Shown here piece after piece: positions 16,884 to 28,815 of a DNA stretch of 64,000 nucleotides. The notes beneath the pieces were generated by a model. That model saw only the letters and a list, made by a program, of their open reading frames with translations, was not told the origin of the DNA and ran no database searches. A program made the position numbers and the translations under genes. Numbering within the stretch: the first letter of the stretch is position 1; each line of letters opens with the position of its first letter. The stretch covers positions 7,238-71,237 of the forward strand of contig JANSYC010000002.1 of NCBI GenBank assembly GCA_024742605.1, given 5' to 3'. This DNA is from Alphaproteobacteria bacterium. Lineage in GTDB: Bacteria > Pseudomonadota > Alphaproteobacteria > Thalassobaculales > Thalassobaculaceae.

Positions 16884-17771
16884 TCATCTTGAAAGAACCC
16901 GCCCGGCAACCGCGTCCAGCTTTGCGACCATCTCCGGGTCCCGCGCCTGCGGATGGGTTATCAAAGCATATTCCAGGGCCCGATCCCCACCCTGTTCATC
17001 CACTTCCGGCCGCATCCGAAGTTTTGGCGCCACTGTCTTCACCAGGGCGCGCGCATTGTCCGCGTTCCTGTGAAGCACCTTGATGACCGCGTCGACGGTG
17101 ACCGCATCATGATCGCCGTGCCAGCAGTCGTAATCGGTGACCATTGCGACCGTGGCGTAGGGAATCTCCGCCTCCCGCGCCAGCTTCGCCTCCGGCATGT
17201 TGGTCATGCCGATCACATCGCATCCCCACGAGCGGTAGAGGAAGCTCTCCGCCTGGGAGGAGAACTGCGGGCCTTCCATGGCGAGATAGGTGCCGCCGAC
17301 ACTGTGCGGCACGCCGATCTCGGTACAGGCCTCCGCCAGAGCGGCCTTCAGCCGGTCTGATACCGGGTGCGCCATCGAGACATGGGCCACGCAGCCCTTG
17401 CCGAAGAAGCTCTTCGGTCGCGCGAACGTGCGATCAATGAACTGGTCGACCAGCACGAAATGGCCCGGCGCATACTGCTCCTTCAGCGAACCGACAGCCG
17501 AGACCGACAGGATGTCCGTCACCCCGATCCGTTTCATCGCGTCGATATTGGCCTGATAGTTGATGTCGGACGGGCTGAACTTGTGGCCGCGTCCATGACG
17601 GGGCAGAAACGCCATCCGCTGACCGTCCAGGCTGCCGAACAGGATCTGGTCCGACGGTTCTCCAAAGGCCGTCGACACCGTCTCCCAGGACGTGTCCTCC
17701 AGCCCGTCGATCTCGTAGACGCCACTGCCTCCGATCACCCCGATCAACGCCTCGCGGGTGTTCTCCACCAT
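16884..17771 (-). CDS. mtnP: S-methyl-5'-thioadenosine phosphorylase
   Basis: ORF 295 aa. IGVIGGSGVY...FLPRHGRGH...SAVGSL...GGTYLAMEGPQFS...GMTNMPEAKLAREAEI...TDYDCWH are classic MTAP strings. Confidence 0.9.
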   Translation of the reverse strand: MVENTREALIGVIGGSGVYEIDGLEDTSWETVSTAFGEPSDQILFGSLDGQRMAFLPRHGRGHKFSPSDINYQANIDAMKRIGVTDILSVSAVGSLKEQYAPGHFVLVDQFIDRTFARPKSFFGKGCVAHVSMAHPVSDRLKAALAEACTEIGVPHSVGGTYLAMEGPQFSSQAESFLYRSWGCDVIGMTNMPEAKLAREAEIPYATVAMVTDYDCWHGDHDAVTVDAVIKVLHRNADNARALVKTVAPKLRMRPEVDEQGGDRALEYALITHPQARDPEMVAKLDAVAGRVLSR

Positions 17772-17828
17772 GCCTAACCCCTTGGATTTGGTTCAAGCGC
17801 CACGATACCCTGCGCGCCACACAAAGCG

Positions 17829-17858
17829 AAAGGCCGCGAGCGGATGCCCACGGCCTTT
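17829..17858 (-). terminator. Hairpin downstream of the petABC operon
   Basis: AAAGGCCG (17829..17836) / CGGCCTTT (17851..17858) inverted repeat, 32 nt after the petC stop. On the minus strand it is followed by a weak T-rich tract (TTTCGCTTTGTGT). Confidence 0.5.
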
Positions 17859-17889
17859 ACGGTTAGAAACGCCCAGTTCAGCAAGATCC

Positions 17890-18666
17890 TCAGTGCACGT
17901 TGGCCCATATCTTCCGCTTGGTGGCATAGAGCAGACCGGTGAAAACGATCAGGAACAGGATCGTCATCACACCCGCCGTCTTGCGCTCATCCATGTGCGG
18001 ATGCGAGGCCCAGGTCAGGAACGCCGACACATCATGGGCCTGCTGCTCGATCGTTGCAGCGGTCCCGTCGTCGTAAGCCACTCCGTCCGGATACAGCGGC
18101 GGCGGCATGGCGATCCGCTGCCCGGGCATGTAGGTGTTGTAATACTGGCCGATTGGCATTTCGATGCCGCCGGGCGGATCATCGTATCCGGTCAGAATGG
18201 CGTGAACGTAGTCGGCTCCGCCCGGCCGGGCCTTGATGATCAACGACAGATCAGGCGGATAAGCGCCACCGTTGGCGTAGCGCGCGGCCTGTTCGTTCGG
18301 GAACGGCGAAGCGAACTTGTCGGAGGGCCGCGCCGCCCGCTCGAACATCTCGCCTTCCTCGTTCGGGCCGTCCATGACGAACGCCTGAGCCGCGATCGCC
18401 TTTACCTCGTCCTCGTTGTAGCCGAGCGCCTCGAGGTTGCGATATGCGATCTGGCCAAGCGCGTGACAGCCCGCGCACCCCTGGCTGTAGACCTGAAAGC
18501 CCCGTTGCAGTTCGGCCTTGTCAAAGGTTCCGAATACGCCCCCGAACGACCAGGACCGCGACGGTGGGGTCGGCGCCTCGCCGGCCGCGAGTGCGGTACC
18601 TGCCGGCGCTGCCAGCAGACCTGTCAGAACAGCTGCCGCCAGGGAAGTCTTGAGACGCGCGATCAT
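17890..18666 (-). CDS. petC: Cytochrome c1 of the ubiquinol-cytochrome c reductase (bc1) complex
   Basis: Signal peptide, haem site CAGCHAL, and C-terminal TM anchor ([23 protein letters not shown]). 4-nt ATGA overlap with the petB stop. Confidence 0.9.
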   Translation of the reverse strand: MIARLKTSLAAAVLTGLLAAPAGTALAAGEAPTPPSRSWSFGGVFGTFDKAELQRGFQVYSQGCAGCHALGQIAYRNLEALGYNEDEVKAIAAQAFVMDGPNEEGEMFERAARPSDKFASPFPNEQAARYANGGAYPPDLSLIIKARPGGADYVHAILTGYDDPPGGIEMPIGQYYNTYMPGQRIAMPPPLYPDGVAYDDGTAATIEQQAHDVSAFLTWASHPHMDERKTAGVMTILFLIVFTGLLYATKRKIWANVH

Positions 18667-19937
18667 TGGTCCTTCTCCATCGGAACGTTGGATCGGCTGG
18701 CCGCCGCAGTGGCGAATCCGGCACCCGCCCCGCCCGTAACGGGTTCCGTTATCGATCGTGGCAACGGTTTCGTCGTCTCGAAGATCGAGAGCAGCGGCAG
18801 GATCGCCAGGAAGTGCAGGAAGTACCAGATGGTGAACACCCGCGTCAGGGTCACGTATACACCCTCGGCAGGCTTGGCGCCGAGATAGGTCAGCGCGATC
18901 ACGTCGATCACCAGCAGCCAGAAGAAGATCTTGAACAGCGGCCGGAACTGCCCGCTGCGCACCGGCGAGCGGTCAAGCCACGGCAGAACGAACAGCACCG
19001 CGATGGCGCCAAACATCAGCAGCACGCCGCCGAGCTTGTCGGGCACCGCCCGCAGGATCGCGTAGAACGGCAGGAAGTACCACTCGGGGACAATGTGCGC
19101 CGGGGTGACCAGCGGATCGGCCGGGATGTAGTTGTCAGGATGGCCGAGGAAGTTCGGCGCGAAGAACACGAAGGCGCAGAAGATGATCAGGAACACGCCC
19201 AGACCGAACGCATCCTTGATCGTGTAGTACGGATGGAACGGCAGGGTATCCTTGGATCCCTTCTTGATGTCGATGCCGACCGGGTTGTTCGAGCCGAAGC
19301 GGTGCAGAGCGACCAGGTGCAGGACCACAACGCCGACGATCACGAACGGCAGGAGATAGTGCAGTGCATAGAACCGATTCAGAGTCGCGTTGTCGACCGA
19401 GAAACCACCCCAGAGCCAGGTCACGACCGACTCTCCGACCAGCGGGATCGCCGAGAACAGATTGGTGATCACCGTCGCCCCCCAGAAGCTCATCTGGCCC
19501 CAAGGCAGCACATACCCCATGAATGCGGTCGCCATCATCAGCAGCATGATCACCACGCCGAGCATCCACAGAATCTCCCGCGGCGCCTTGTAGGAGCCGT
19601 AGTAGAGCCCCCGGAAGATGTGGATGTAGACCACGATAAAGAAGAAGCTGGCGCCGTTCATATGGATGTAGCGGATCAGCCAGCCGTAGTTCACGTCGCG
19701 CATGATGCGCTCGACGCTGTCGAAAGCGTAATCGACGTGCGCGGTGTAGTGCATCGCGAGCGTGATACCCGAGACGATCATGATCACCAGTGTGATGCCG
19801 GCGAGCGATCCGAAATTCCACCAGTAGCTCAAGTTCCGAGGAGTCGGATACTCGGTGAGCTCGTGGTTCATGAAGGTGAAGACCGGAAGGCGATGGTCAA
19901 TCCACCGAACGACCGGATTGGAAAACTGCTGTGACAT
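18663..19937 (-). CDS. petB: Cytochrome b of the bc1 complex
   Basis: [19 protein letters not shown]...[18 protein letters not shown]...[12 protein letters not shown]...[13 protein letters not shown]. Start set at the M 17 codons inside track ORF 18663..19988. Confidence 0.92.
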   Translation of the reverse strand: MSQQFSNPVVRWIDHRLPVFTFMNHELTEYPTPRNLSYWWNFGSLAGITLVIMIVSGITLAMHYTAHVDYAFDSVERIMRDVNYGWLIRYIHMNGASFFFIVVYIHIFRGLYYGSYKAPREILWMLGVVIMLLMMATAFMGYVLPWGQMSFWGATVITNLFSAIPLVGESVVTWLWGGFSVDNATLNRFYALHYLLPFVIVGVVVLHLVALHRFGSNNPVGIDIKKGSKDTLPFHPYYTIKDAFGLGVFLIIFCAFVFFAPNFLGHPDNYIPADPLVTPAHIVPEWYFLPFYAILRAVPDKLGGVLLMFGAIAVLFVLPWLDRSPVRSGQFRPLFKIFFWLLVIDVIALTYLGAKPAEGVYVTLTRVFTIWYFLHFLAILPLLSIFETTKPLPRSITEPVTGGAGAGFATAAASRSNVPMEKDQ

Positions 19938-19950
19938 TCTTACGTCTCCC

Positions 19951-20481
19951 TCAACCGATCCGAACGGAGGTGTCGGAGGTGAATTCATACCCCGGAACGG
20001 CCAGATTCAATGGCGCAGGCCCCCTGCGGATGCGCCCGGATGTATCGTAGTGCGACCCGTGACAGGGGCAGAACCATCCACCGTAATCGCCGCGCGGGTC
20101 GGTCGCCTTCTGCCCCAGAGGCACGCAGCCCAGATGGGTGCAGACACCGACCACGATCAGCCAAGGGGTCTGTTGAACCCGCTCGCTGTCGGGAACAGGG
20201 TCAGGCAGGTCGTCCAACGGAACGCTTTCCGCCGATGCGATCTCGTCTTCCGTCCGGTGCCGGACGAACACCGGCTTGCCGCGCCACATGACGGTGATCG
20301 CCATACCGGCTTCCACGGCACCGATATTGACTTCGGTCGAGGCCAGCGCAAGCGTGTCGGCGGCGGGGTTCATCTGATCGATGAACGGCCAGATCGCGCA
20401 TGCGGCACCGACGGCACCGACAGCAGTCGTGGTCACGATCAGAAAATCGCGCCGGGACTCATCGTGTTGGACTTCAGCCAT
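19951..20481 (-). CDS. petA: Rieske iron-sulfur subunit of the bc1 complex
   Basis: Tat-like SRRDFL N-terminus. Rieske boxes CTHLGC and CPCHGSHYD. Confidence 0.92.
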   Translation of the reverse strand: MAEVQHDESRRDFLIVTTTAVGAVGAACAIWPFIDQMNPAADTLALASTEVNIGAVEAGMAITVMWRGKPVFVRHRTEDEIASAESVPLDDLPDPVPDSERVQQTPWLIVVGVCTHLGCVPLGQKATDPRGDYGGWFCPCHGSHYDTSGRIRRGPAPLNLAVPGYEFTSDTSVRIG

Positions 20482-20681
20482 TTTCCTATCAACCTCACCT
20501 TGGTCGCGGTGAACCCTAAGCCGTCCACCCGTGAGCTGGTCATAACATAAGCGTAGCGCCGGTCAGCCTTCAAACAACGCGACCACCGGTCGCATCGTAT
20601 CCCCCGATATCTACGCGAGCGCCTCGCTATACCCCAGCCCTCCCGCTTTTGCAAAGCATCGAAGCGGGTTAAAGCTAGCAG

Positions 20682-21137
20682 ATGCGTTTGGTCCTCTATC
20701 AACCCGACATCCCCCAGAACACCGGAACCATCCTCCGGATGGCCGCGTGTTTCGATGTGCCGGTCGACGTGATCGAGCCCACGGGCTTCGTGTGGTCGGA
20801 ACAAAGGCTGCGCCGAGCCGGCATGGATTATCTGACATTGGCGCAGGTCACGCGCCATGCCTCCTGGGAGGCCTATCTCGCCAATCGCAGCGCGGGACGC
20901 CTGATCCTGTTGAGCACACGCGGCTCGACGCCGTTGCCGGACACCCGTTTTGAGCCGGATGATCACTTGCTGCTGGGCCGGGAGAGCGCCGGTGTTCCCG
21001 AGGCCGTTCACGAGCAGGCGGATCTGACGGTACGGCTTCCGATGCGCGCCGAGGCGCGCTCCTTGAATGTGGCGATGACCGCCGGCATCGCCTTGGCGGA
21101 AGGGCTGCGCCAAACCGGCGGCTGGCCCGAAGGATGA
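20682..21137 (+). CDS. trmL: tRNA (cytidine/uridine-2'-O)-methyltransferase, SpoU-TrmL type
   Basis: ORF 151 aa. LYQPDIPQNTGTILRMAACF...LLLGRESAGVPE...SLNVAMTAGIALAE. Confidence 0.85.
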   Translation: MRLVLYQPDIPQNTGTILRMAACFDVPVDVIEPTGFVWSEQRLRRAGMDYLTLAQVTRHASWEAYLANRSAGRLILLSTRGSTPLPDTRFEPDDHLLLGRESAGVPEAVHEQADLTVRLPMRAEARSLNVAMTAGIALAEGLRQTGGWPEG

Positions 21138-21141
21138 CACT

Positions 21142-21900
21142 ATGAGCGCCTTGGATCTTGTCGGGATCTCACACCATTTCGGGAAAACGGCGGTGCTCGA
21201 CACCGTGTCGCTGCGCTTCGACAGCGGCTCGGCCGTCGCGGTGATCGGGCCGTCCGGTTGCGGCAAATCCACGCTGCTGCGGCTGGTGGCGGGACTGCTG
21301 AGTCCGGATCGGGGCACCGTCACCGCCGATGGAGCGCCGGTTACCGGCCCCGGACCCGAGCGCGGCGTCGTGTTTCAGCAGAATGCGCTGTTCCCCTGGC
21401 TCACCCTCGCCCAGAACATCCGCTTCGGGCTCGATGAACAGAGCATGGCGCGGGCGGAGGCGGATCGCCGTGTCGACCAATGGATCCAAGCGGTCGGCCT
21501 GGAGACTTTCGCGGACCAGCGCCCGGGCGCCCTGTCGGGCGGCATGGCGCAGCGTGCGGCACTGGCCCGCGCTCTGGCACCTGAGCCGGGGGCTCTGCTG
21601 CTGGACGAGCCGTTTGGCGCATTGGACCGGATCACCCGTGGTCAGATGCAGGAGCTTCTGGTCTCGGTCTGGCACCGCACCCGCGCGACCCTGCTGCTGA
21701 TCACCCACGACGTTGAGGAGGCCCTGGTGATCTGCGACCGGGTGGTTGTGCTGAGCCCTCGACCGGGGCGGGTTCTGGCCGACCTGCCAGTGGATCTGCC
21801 ACGCCCCCGCACCCTGAGCGACCGCACCTCCCGACGTTTCGTGGAGCTCAGACGGCGGTTAGAAACCGTTCTGCACGACGCGATGAGCGAGCCCCCCTAG
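21142..21900 (+). CDS. ABC transporter ATP-binding protein (nitrate/sulfonate/taurine NitT-type), no adjacent permease
   Basis: Walker A GPSGCGKST, signature LSGGMAQR, Walker B LLLDEPFGALD, H-loop ITHD. Begins 5 nt after the trmL stop. Confidence 0.85.
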   Translation: MSALDLVGISHHFGKTAVLDTVSLRFDSGSAVAVIGPSGCGKSTLLRLVAGLLSPDRGTVTADGAPVTGPGPERGVVFQQNALFPWLTLAQNIRFGLDEQSMARAEADRRVDQWIQAVGLETFADQRPGALSGGMAQRAALARALAPEPGALLLDEPFGALDRITRGQMQELLVSVWHRTRATLLLITHDVEEALVICDRVVVLSPRPGRVLADLPVDLPRPRTLSDRTSRRFVELRRRLETVLHDAMSEPP

Positions 21901-21908
21901 CAGACAGG

Positions 21909-23525
21909 TCAGATCCCGCCGCGCGCCTCGAGATCGAAGGCTGCGGCCATCAGACCTTGCGTGTAGGGCTGCTGCGGTTCGGTCATGACCGCCTCGGTCT
22001 CGCCCCGCTCCACCACCACGCCATCCTTCATCACAATCACCCGATGCGACAGCGCGCGAACCACCTTCAGATCGTGGCTGATGAACAGGTAGCTTAGCCT
22101 GTGGCGGCGCTGTAGGTCGCGCAGCAGATCCACGATCTGCGCCTGCACGCTCATGTCGAGGGCGCTGGTCGGTTCGTCCAGGACCACCAGTTTGGGCCGC
22201 AGAACCATGGCGCGGGCGATCGAGACCCGCTGACGCTGCCCTCCTGAGAATTCGTGCGGGTAACGGTCTCGCATGGCGGGATCCAAGCCGACTTCGCGCA
22301 GCACCTCGTCGATCCGCCGATCCCGATCCGCCTGGTTTCGCAATCCCAGATCCTCGGGCGGATGGACCGTCAGCCCCTCGCCCACGATCTCGGCGATCGA
22401 CATTCTGGGACTGAGGCTGCCGAACGGATCCTGAAACACCACCTGAAGATCCCGGCGGAGCGCCCGCAGCTTCGTTTTATCCGCGTCATGGATCGGCTTT
22501 CCAAGAAACACGATCCGACCCTCACAGGACGTCAAACGGAGCAGGGCCATGGCGAGCGTGGTCTTACCCGAGCCGGATTCCCCGACGATGCCGAGGGTCT
22601 CCCCCTCCTGAACGGCAATATCAACGCCGTCGACCGCCTTCACGTGACCGACCGTCCGCCGCAGGAAGCCGCGTTGGATCGGGAACCAGACCTTCAGGTT
22701 TTCGGCCTCCATCACCGTGGCCGCATCGTCGGCGACCGGATCGGGGCGGCCCTTCGGCTCGGCAGCCAGCAGTTTTCGGGTATAGGGATGCTGTGGCGAG
22801 GCGAACAGGTCGGCCGTCGTCCCCTGCTCGACCACCTTGCCGTCGGTCATCACATAGGTGCGTTCGGCAATCTTCCGCACGATTCCAAGATCGTGGGTGA
22901 TCAGAACGAGTGCCATTCCGAGCCGCTTCTGAAGGTCCTTCAGCAGGGCGAGGATCTGCGCCTGAATGGTGACGTCGAGAGCGGTGGTCGGCTCGTCCGC
23001 GATCAGGAGATCCGGCTCATTCGCCAAAGCCATCGCGATCATCACCCGCTGCCGCTGTCCGCCGGAGAGCTGATGCGGATAGGAGTTCAGACGGGTCTCC
23101 GGATTCTGAATACCCACCAGATCCAGGAGTTCCAGTGTCCGCGCCCGCGCCGCGCTCCCGGTCAGCCCTCGATGCAGGGCCAGGATCTCGCCGATCTGCT
23201 TCTCAACCACATGAAGCGGGTTCAGGGAGGTCATGGGTTCCTGGAAGATCATCGCGATCTCGTTGCCGCGCACCCGACGCAGGGTCGGCTCGTCCGCGCT
23301 CATCAGATCCTCGCCCTTCCAGAGGATTGAGGAGTGCGGATCGTGCCGCGCCAGCGGGTACGGCAGGAGCTTGAGGATCGACAGCGCCGTGACCGATTTG
23401 CCGGAACCGGATTCGCCGACAATGGCGACGGTCTCGCCGCTCTCGACGGTGATCGATATGCCATCAACCGCATTCGGGCTCTTGCCGAAGGCGACCGTCA
23501 GGTCGGAGATTTCGAGCAATGCCAT
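21909..23525 (-). CDS. yejF: Peptide/microcin-type ABC importer, fused double ATPase
   Basis: 538 aa with two ABC cassettes (GESGSGKS twice, LSGGQRQR twice). Last gene of a yejABEF-like operon. Confidence 0.85.
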   Translation of the reverse strand: MALLEISDLTVAFGKSPNAVDGISITVESGETVAIVGESGSGKSVTALSILKLLPYPLARHDPHSSILWKGEDLMSADEPTLRRVRGNEIAMIFQEPMTSLNPLHVVEKQIGEILALHRGLTGSAARARTLELLDLVGIQNPETRLNSYPHQLSGGQRQRVMIAMALANEPDLLIADEPTTALDVTIQAQILALLKDLQKRLGMALVLITHDLGIVRKIAERTYVMTDGKVVEQGTTADLFASPQHPYTRKLLAAEPKGRPDPVADDAATVMEAENLKVWFPIQRGFLRRTVGHVKAVDGVDIAVQEGETLGIVGESGSGKTTLAMALLRLTSCEGRIVFLGKPIHDADKTKLRALRRDLQVVFQDPFGSLSPRMSIAEIVGEGLTVHPPEDLGLRNQADRDRRIDEVLREVGLDPAMRDRYPHEFSGGQRQRVSIARAMVLRPKLVVLDEPTSALDMSVQAQIVDLLRDLQRRHRLSYLFISHDLKVVRALSHRVIVMKDGVVVERGETEAVMTEPQQPYTQGLMAAAFDLEARGGI

Positions 23526-23534
23526 CTCCGCTCC

Positions 23535-24590
23535 CTATTCCACGAAGGTCTTGCGCGGATCGAAGGCGTCGCGCACCGCCTCGCCGATGAAGATCAACAG
23601 GCTGAGCATGATCGCGAGAGTGAAGAACGCGGTCAGGCCCAGCCAGGGGGCCTGAAGGTTCTGTTTGCCCTGATTCAGCAGTTCCCCCAGCGAGGGCGAA
23701 CCCGGCGGCAGACCCAGCCCCAGAAAATCCAGACTGGTCAGGGCCGTGATCGAGCTGTTCAGAATGAAGGGCAGAAAGGTCAGGGTGGCGACCATGGCGT
23801 TCGGCAGCACATGCCGACGCATGATCACCCCATCCGACACCCCAAGGGCGCGGGCAGCCCGTACGTAGTCGTAATTGCGCGCCCGCAGGAACTCCGCTCG
23901 AACCACGCCGACCAGGCTGGTCCAACTGAACAGCAGCAGGACGGTCAGCAAGCTCCAGAAACCAGGCACAATCAGGCTGGCGAAAATGATCAGGATCAGC
24001 AGCGAGGGCAGGCCGCTCCAGATCTCGATGAACCGCTGGAAGAACAAATCGACCAATCCGCCGTAGAATCCCTGGATCGCCCCGGTTGCGACCCCGATCA
24101 CGGAGGCGCAAAGCGTCAGCACCAGCCCGAACAGGACCGAAATCCGGAACCCGTAGATCACCCGCGCCGCAACGTCCCGCGCCTGGTCGTCGGTGCCAAG
24201 CCAGTGGCGCGCATCGGGTGGCGAGGGGGCCGGCGTGCTGAGTTCCCGGTCGATGGTCTGATAGGAGAACGGGATCAGCGGCCAGATCATCCAGCCGCCC
24301 TTCTCGGCGATCAGCTCCTGCACGAACGGGTCGCGATAATCGGCCTCAGTCGGGAAATCCCCGCCGAAGGTGGTCTCCGGGTAGACCGTGGTGATCGGGA
24401 TATAGAAACCGCCGTCATAGGAGATCAGAACAGGCTTTTCGTTCGCAACCACGTCCGCCAGGAGGCTGACCGCGAACAGGACCAGAAAGATCCAGAGAGA
24501 CCAGAAGCCTCGCCGGTTCCGTTTGAAATTGTCGAGCCGCCGCCGGTTCAGCGGCGAAATCTTGACCCCCAGAACCCGTGCCTGTTCCAT
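23535..24590 (-). CDS. yejE: ABC peptide importer permease
   Basis: 351 aa multi-TM protein of the binding-protein-dependent permease family, positioned between the yejB- and yejF-like genes. Confidence 0.8.
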   Translation of the reverse strand: MEQARVLGVKISPLNRRRLDNFKRNRRGFWSLWIFLVLFAVSLLADVVANEKPVLISYDGGFYIPITTVYPETTFGGDFPTEADYRDPFVQELIAEKGGWMIWPLIPFSYQTIDRELSTPAPSPPDARHWLGTDDQARDVAARVIYGFRISVLFGLVLTLCASVIGVATGAIQGFYGGLVDLFFQRFIEIWSGLPSLLILIIFASLIVPGFWSLLTVLLLFSWTSLVGVVRAEFLRARNYDYVRAARALGVSDGVIMRRHVLPNAMVATLTFLPFILNSSITALTSLDFLGLGLPPGSPSLGELLNQGKQNLQAPWLGLTAFFTLAIMLSLLIFIGEAVRDAFDPRKTFVE

Positions 24591-24593
24591 CGA

Positions 24594-25685
24594 TCAGCCT
24601 TCCCGGCTCTCGAAATCGATGCGGGGGTCGATCATGGTGTACATCACGTCTCCCAGCAGGTTCAGAAGCAGGCCCAGCAGGGAGAAAAAATAGACGGTGG
24701 CAAACATCACCGGATAGTCCCGGCCGATCGCCGCCTCAAACCCCAGCAGCCCGAGCCCATCCAGCGAGAAGATCACCTCGATCAGCAGGGAACCGGTGAA
24801 CAGCACGCTGACGAAGGCGCTCGGGAAACCTGCCACGACGATCAGCATCGCATTTCGGAAGACGTGACCGTACAGCACCGACCGCTCGGTCAGACCCTTG
24901 GCCTTGGCCGTCAGGACGTATTGTTTGTTGATCTCGTCGAGGAAGGAATTCTTGGTGAGCATGGTGAGGCTGGCGAACCCCCCGATCACCATGGCGGTCA
25001 CCGGCAACACCATGTGCCACAGATAATCGAGCACCTTGCCCGTGAGCGTCAGATCCGTCCAATTGTCGGACACCAGCCCCCGCAGCGGGAAGATCTGCGC
25101 GTAGCTGCCTCCGGCGAAGAGCACGATCAACAGCACCGCAAACAGGAATGCCGGGATCGCGTATCCCAGAATGATCAACCCGCTGGTCCAGATGTCGAAC
25201 GCGCTGCCGTCCCGTACCGCCTTGCGAATGCCCAGCGGGATCGAGATCAAGTAGACCAGAAGCGTGGTCCAAAGCCCGAGCGAGATCGAGACCGGCATTT
25301 TGTCCAGGACCAGTTCGACAACGGTGCCGCTCTTGAAGAAGCTGTCGCCGAAATCGAACATGATGTAGTTGCCGATCATGTCGAAGAAGCGCTCGTGCAT
25401 CGGCTTGTCGAAGCCGAACTGCACCTCCAGCCGCTCGATCAGTTCCGGGTCGAGCCCACGTGCGCCCCGCGACGGGTCGCGGCCTCCCTGATCGGATTGT
25501 CCGGCCTCCGAAGTGGTGTTCCCGGAGAACCGGGCCGTGCTGTCGGTGTTCTGGCCCTGCATCTGGGCGACGATCTGGTCGATCGGCCCACCCGGGGCCG
25601 CCTGAACGATCACGAAATTCAACACCATGATCGCGAACAGGGTCGGCACGATCAGCAACAGCCGTTTGAAGATATACGCGGTCAT
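24594..25685 (-). CDS. yejB: ABC peptide importer permease
   Basis: [34 protein letters not shown] start, typical of DppB/YejB permeases. Start set at 25685 inside track ORF 24594..25808. Confidence 0.8.
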   Translation of the reverse strand: MTAYIFKRLLLIVPTLFAIMVLNFVIVQAAPGGPIDQIVAQMQGQNTDSTARFSGNTTSEAGQSDQGGRDPSRGARGLDPELIERLEVQFGFDKPMHERFFDMIGNYIMFDFGDSFFKSGTVVELVLDKMPVSISLGLWTTLLVYLISIPLGIRKAVRDGSAFDIWTSGLIILGYAIPAFLFAVLLIVLFAGGSYAQIFPLRGLVSDNWTDLTLTGKVLDYLWHMVLPVTAMVIGGFASLTMLTKNSFLDEINKQYVLTAKAKGLTERSVLYGHVFRNAMLIVVAGFPSAFVSVLFTGSLLIEVIFSLDGLGLLGFEAAIGRDYPVMFATVYFFSLLGLLLNLLGDVMYTMIDPRIDFESREG

Positions 25686-25716
25686 GGAAATGTCCGGATC
25701 TGGCGGGGCGCGACCG

Positions 25717-27609
25717 TCACTTCTTGCCCTGGTAAGCCCGAACGGCAGCCGCCTTCTCGGGCACCACCCACCAGGTCGCGGGGAAGCCGAGCCCGTATTT
25801 CGGCGCAATCTCCGGATGATCGAACTTGTTCCAATAGATCGTGCGGAAGGTCGCGCTGTGAAACTGCGGGATCAGGTAGTGTCCCCAGAGAAGCGCCCGG
25901 TCCAGGGCGCTGGCCGCGGTCTCGAGCGCTTCCCGACTCTCGGCCGAGACCAGGTGCTCGATCAGCCGGTCTATCGCGGGATCGCTGATTCCCATGACAT
26001 TCCGAGAACCGGGCTGGTTCGCCAATGGCGATCCGAAAAACTCCCACTGCTCGTTGCCGGGAGAGTTCGACTGCGCAAGGCCGACGGTGGTCATGTCAAA
26101 GTCGAAATCCCGCATCCGGTTCTGATACTGCGCCGGGTCCACCAGCCGGGCGGTGGCAACCACGCCGATCTTCGACAGGCTGTCGACAAACGGCAGCACA
26201 AGCCGTTCGCTGCTGGCCTGGCTCAGCAGGATCTCGAACTCGAGCTTGAGGTCGCCCTTGGTCATGACACCGTCCTCGATCGCCCAGCCGGCGTCCCGAA
26301 GCAGCTTCAGAGCCGTCCGCAGGTTCCCGCGATTGGTGCCGGACCCGTCGCTTTTCGGCGGCACAAACTCCTCGGTGAAGACTTGCGGAGGCAGATCGTC
26401 GCGCAGCGGCTCCAGCAGGGCCAGTTCGGCCTCACTCGGCAATCCGCTTGCGCCAAGCCCGGTGCCCTGGAAGTAGCTGCCGGTGCGCGTGTACGCGTCG
26501 TACATCAGCGTCTTGTTGGTCCATTCGAAGTCGAACGCGTAACCCAGCGCCTCCCGCACCGTCCGGTCCTGGAAGATCGGCTTCCGCAGGTTGAAGGCGA
26601 ACCCCTGAATCCCTCCGACGGCGTTGTTCGGAATCTCCTCCTTCACCACCATGCCATCCGTCAGCGCCGGAAAGTCATAGGCGGTGGCCCAGCGCTTGGA
26701 GGAGTTCTCAAGTCGGAAGTCGAACGCGCCCGCCTTGAACGCCTCGGTGGCCACTTCCCGGTCCCGATAGAGCTCGTAGACGATGCGGTCGACATTGTAG
26801 CGGCCCTTGTTCACCGGGATGTCGGCCCCCCAGTAGTCGGTCACCCGCTCATAGGTGATGCTGCGGCCGAACTCGAAACTCTCGATCCGGTAGGGCCCGG
26901 ATCCGACCGGCGGTTCGGTCAGCGGCTCGGCAAAGTCGCGACCCTCCCAGAAATGCTTCGGCAGCACCGGCATTTGGCCGACAATCAGCGGCAGTTCTTT
27001 GTTCTGGGTGGTCTTGAAGGTGTACAGAACCCGATGGTCGTTGATGGCCCGGATTTCCTCGACATCCGCCCAATACGACGCATAGATCGGGGCGCCTTCC
27101 TTGGTCAGGATATCGAAAGACCAGACCACATCCTCCGCCGTGACCGGAGTCCCATCATGAAACCTGGCCTTGGGGTTCAGATTGAACGCGATCCAGGACC
27201 GGTCCTCGGGAACCTCGAAACTCTCGGCAAGCCGCCCGTACTTCGTAAAAGGCTCATCCTCAGCTTCGACCATGAGAGATTCGAAAATCAGGTTCGACCC
27301 CAGATAGGTCAAACCGCCCGGCGGAGTCCCTCGCAGAATGTAGGGATTGAAGTTGTCGAATCCGCTGGAGTCCTCAAGCGTGATGGTCCCGCCCTTCGGT
27401 GCATCTGGATTTGTGTAATCGAAATGTGTGAAATCCGGTCCGTAGGCCGGCTCCCCAAACATCGCGAGGCCATGGATCGGGGGCGCGGTGCGGTCCTGGG
27501 CGCTCGCGGCGGCCGGGACGATGCTCATCGTCACCGCGGCTAGTCCGGCGAACACACCGGTTCCAATTCGACGCATCGCGCCATTTGTAACAAGACCAAG
27601 CAAACTCAT
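25717..27609 (-). CDS. yejA: ABC peptide importer periplasmic substrate-binding protein (family 5)
   Basis: 630 aa with signal peptide. [33 protein letters not shown] resembles the YejA N-terminus. First gene of the operon. Confidence 0.8.
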   Translation of the reverse strand: MSLLGLVTNGAMRRIGTGVFAGLAAVTMSIVPAAASAQDRTAPPIHGLAMFGEPAYGPDFTHFDYTNPDAPKGGTITLEDSSGFDNFNPYILRGTPPGGLTYLGSNLIFESLMVEAEDEPFTKYGRLAESFEVPEDRSWIAFNLNPKARFHDGTPVTAEDVVWSFDILTKEGAPIYASYWADVEEIRAINDHRVLYTFKTTQNKELPLIVGQMPVLPKHFWEGRDFAEPLTEPPVGSGPYRIESFEFGRSITYERVTDYWGADIPVNKGRYNVDRIVYELYRDREVATEAFKAGAFDFRLENSSKRWATAYDFPALTDGMVVKEEIPNNAVGGIQGFAFNLRKPIFQDRTVREALGYAFDFEWTNKTLMYDAYTRTGSYFQGTGLGASGLPSEAELALLEPLRDDLPPQVFTEEFVPPKSDGSGTNRGNLRTALKLLRDAGWAIEDGVMTKGDLKLEFEILLSQASSERLVLPFVDSLSKIGVVATARLVDPAQYQNRMRDFDFDMTTVGLAQSNSPGNEQWEFFGSPLANQPGSRNVMGISDPAIDRLIEHLVSAESREALETAASALDRALLWGHYLIPQFHSATFRTIYWNKFDHPEIAPKYGLGFPATWWVVPEKAAAVRAYQGKK

Positions 27610-27722
27610 CTCGGAACGCCCTTTCGACCGGACAATGCTCCCTATGACTTAAGCGTTTGGACCGATTGTTCCACCACCAAGCCGTACGAAACTGACACGA
27701 TCCTATACACGCCCGGATGTCC

Positions 27723-27749
27723 GAAAAAAGGCCGTGCGAAGACGGCCTT
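27723..27749 (-). terminator. Rho-independent terminator of the orphan gene 27781..28815
   Basis: AAGGCCGT (27728..27735) / ACGGCCTT (27742..27749). On the minus strand the stem is followed directly by TTTTTT (complement of 27723..27728). Confidence 0.75.
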
Positions 27750-27780
27750 GTGAAAAGGAAAATGCCGGCACTGCAACAGC

Positions 27781-28815
27781 TCAGTCGAGCGGAGGCGCCT
27801 GAGCCTCGAGAAGTCTGATTTTTTCCATCCCGGGGACCATTTCCGCCATCACGAAATCGGCCCGGGCATTCGGGCCGCCCGAGGCGCTTGGAAACGCCTC
27901 GCGCCATCGGTTCATCTTTACGGACAAGCCGCACAACGTGCCCGCGATGCAGGCATAGTTGCTTTGAATTGAATGACGAAGTTGGGCGTAACGATCCTGA
28001 GACAGGTCGACCCAGAACATCCTGCTGATCTCATCGAAGGCAGCAAAACGTCTCACGACAAACTTTACAGATTCGTCGAAATTCGCCTCGACAAACCGGC
28101 AGGCCTCAACCGTGTCCTTCTGGTGCTTCAGATGGCTGTCGAGAATCCCCTCCCGCATCCATCGGCGGAAGGTCTCGAAGTCCGGGCGCACCTGATCCAG
28201 GTAGTGGCGATAGTAGGCCAACGACAGGAAAATATCTCCGTAATCCTCGAGGAACGCTGGAATCTGCTCGATCGACATGCCCAAAGCGTCTGAAATCTGT
28301 TTGATCCGCTTTCGCGCCTCTTCGCGATCGACCCCGCGAAACATCCCGATGATTTCAGCCGCAGTGGCGAAATCCTTCCCCTCGTCCCCAAAGACCCGTT
28401 GTATGAGCGGCCGGGTAAACACCCGCATATAGGTGGTCAAACGCTGTTGCATCTCCGGAGAGAGTTGCAGATGCTCGGCTTCCTCGACCTTCAGATTATG
28501 GGACCGGAGCGTCAGCCGGAGGGAATAGACATCGAAGCTCGGCGCCTCCGCCATGGCTTCGATGATCGTGATGTCGTCTTCGAAAGTGACCGGATCGCCG
28601 CTGAACTGATCCCTGATGTCTCTGACACTGATTTGACCCGAGCCGGACCGGCTTTCCTTGAACAGTTCCAACACGGTCTCGAAGCGTGCATTCTTGATCA
28701 GACGGGTCTTGCTTAGCCCCGGCGAGGTCAGTGGCAGAATCGCGAGCGGAAGGATGTGCAATGCATCCTTGTCAGCGTTCAAGAACGCCTCCCCGTCGAT
28801 GCCTTGGCTGGACAT
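27781..28815 (-). CDS. Hypothetical protein (~344 aa), no family recognised
   Basis: ORF 27781..28878(-). Start placed at MSSQGIDGEAF (28815). Helix-rich, charged sequence (LSLAYYRHYLDQVRPDFETFRRWMREGILD). Visibly less GC-rich than its neighbours and has its own terminator. Confidence 0.65.
   Translation of the reverse strand: MSSQGIDGEAFLNADKDALHILPLAILPLTSPGLSKTRLIKNARFETVLELFKESRSGSGQISVRDIRDQFSGDPVTFEDDITIIEAMAEAPSFDVYSLRLTLRSHNLKVEEAEHLQLSPEMQQRLTTYMRVFTRPLIQRVFGDEGKDFATAAEIIGMFRGVDREEARKRIKQISDALGMSIEQIPAFLEDYGDIFLSLAYYRHYLDQVRPDFETFRRWMREGILDSHLKHQKDTVEACRFVEANFDESVKFVVRRFAAFDEISRMFWVDLSQDRYAQLRHSIQSNYACIAGTLCGLSVKMNRWREAFPSASGGPNARADFVMAEMVPGMEKIRLLEAQAPPLD

Noticed and set aside
23334-25988. 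884-aa plus-strand ORF
   Set aside because: It is antisense to the yejF/yejE/yejB genes, and the product is dominated by R, Q, D, P and H runs with no domain features.
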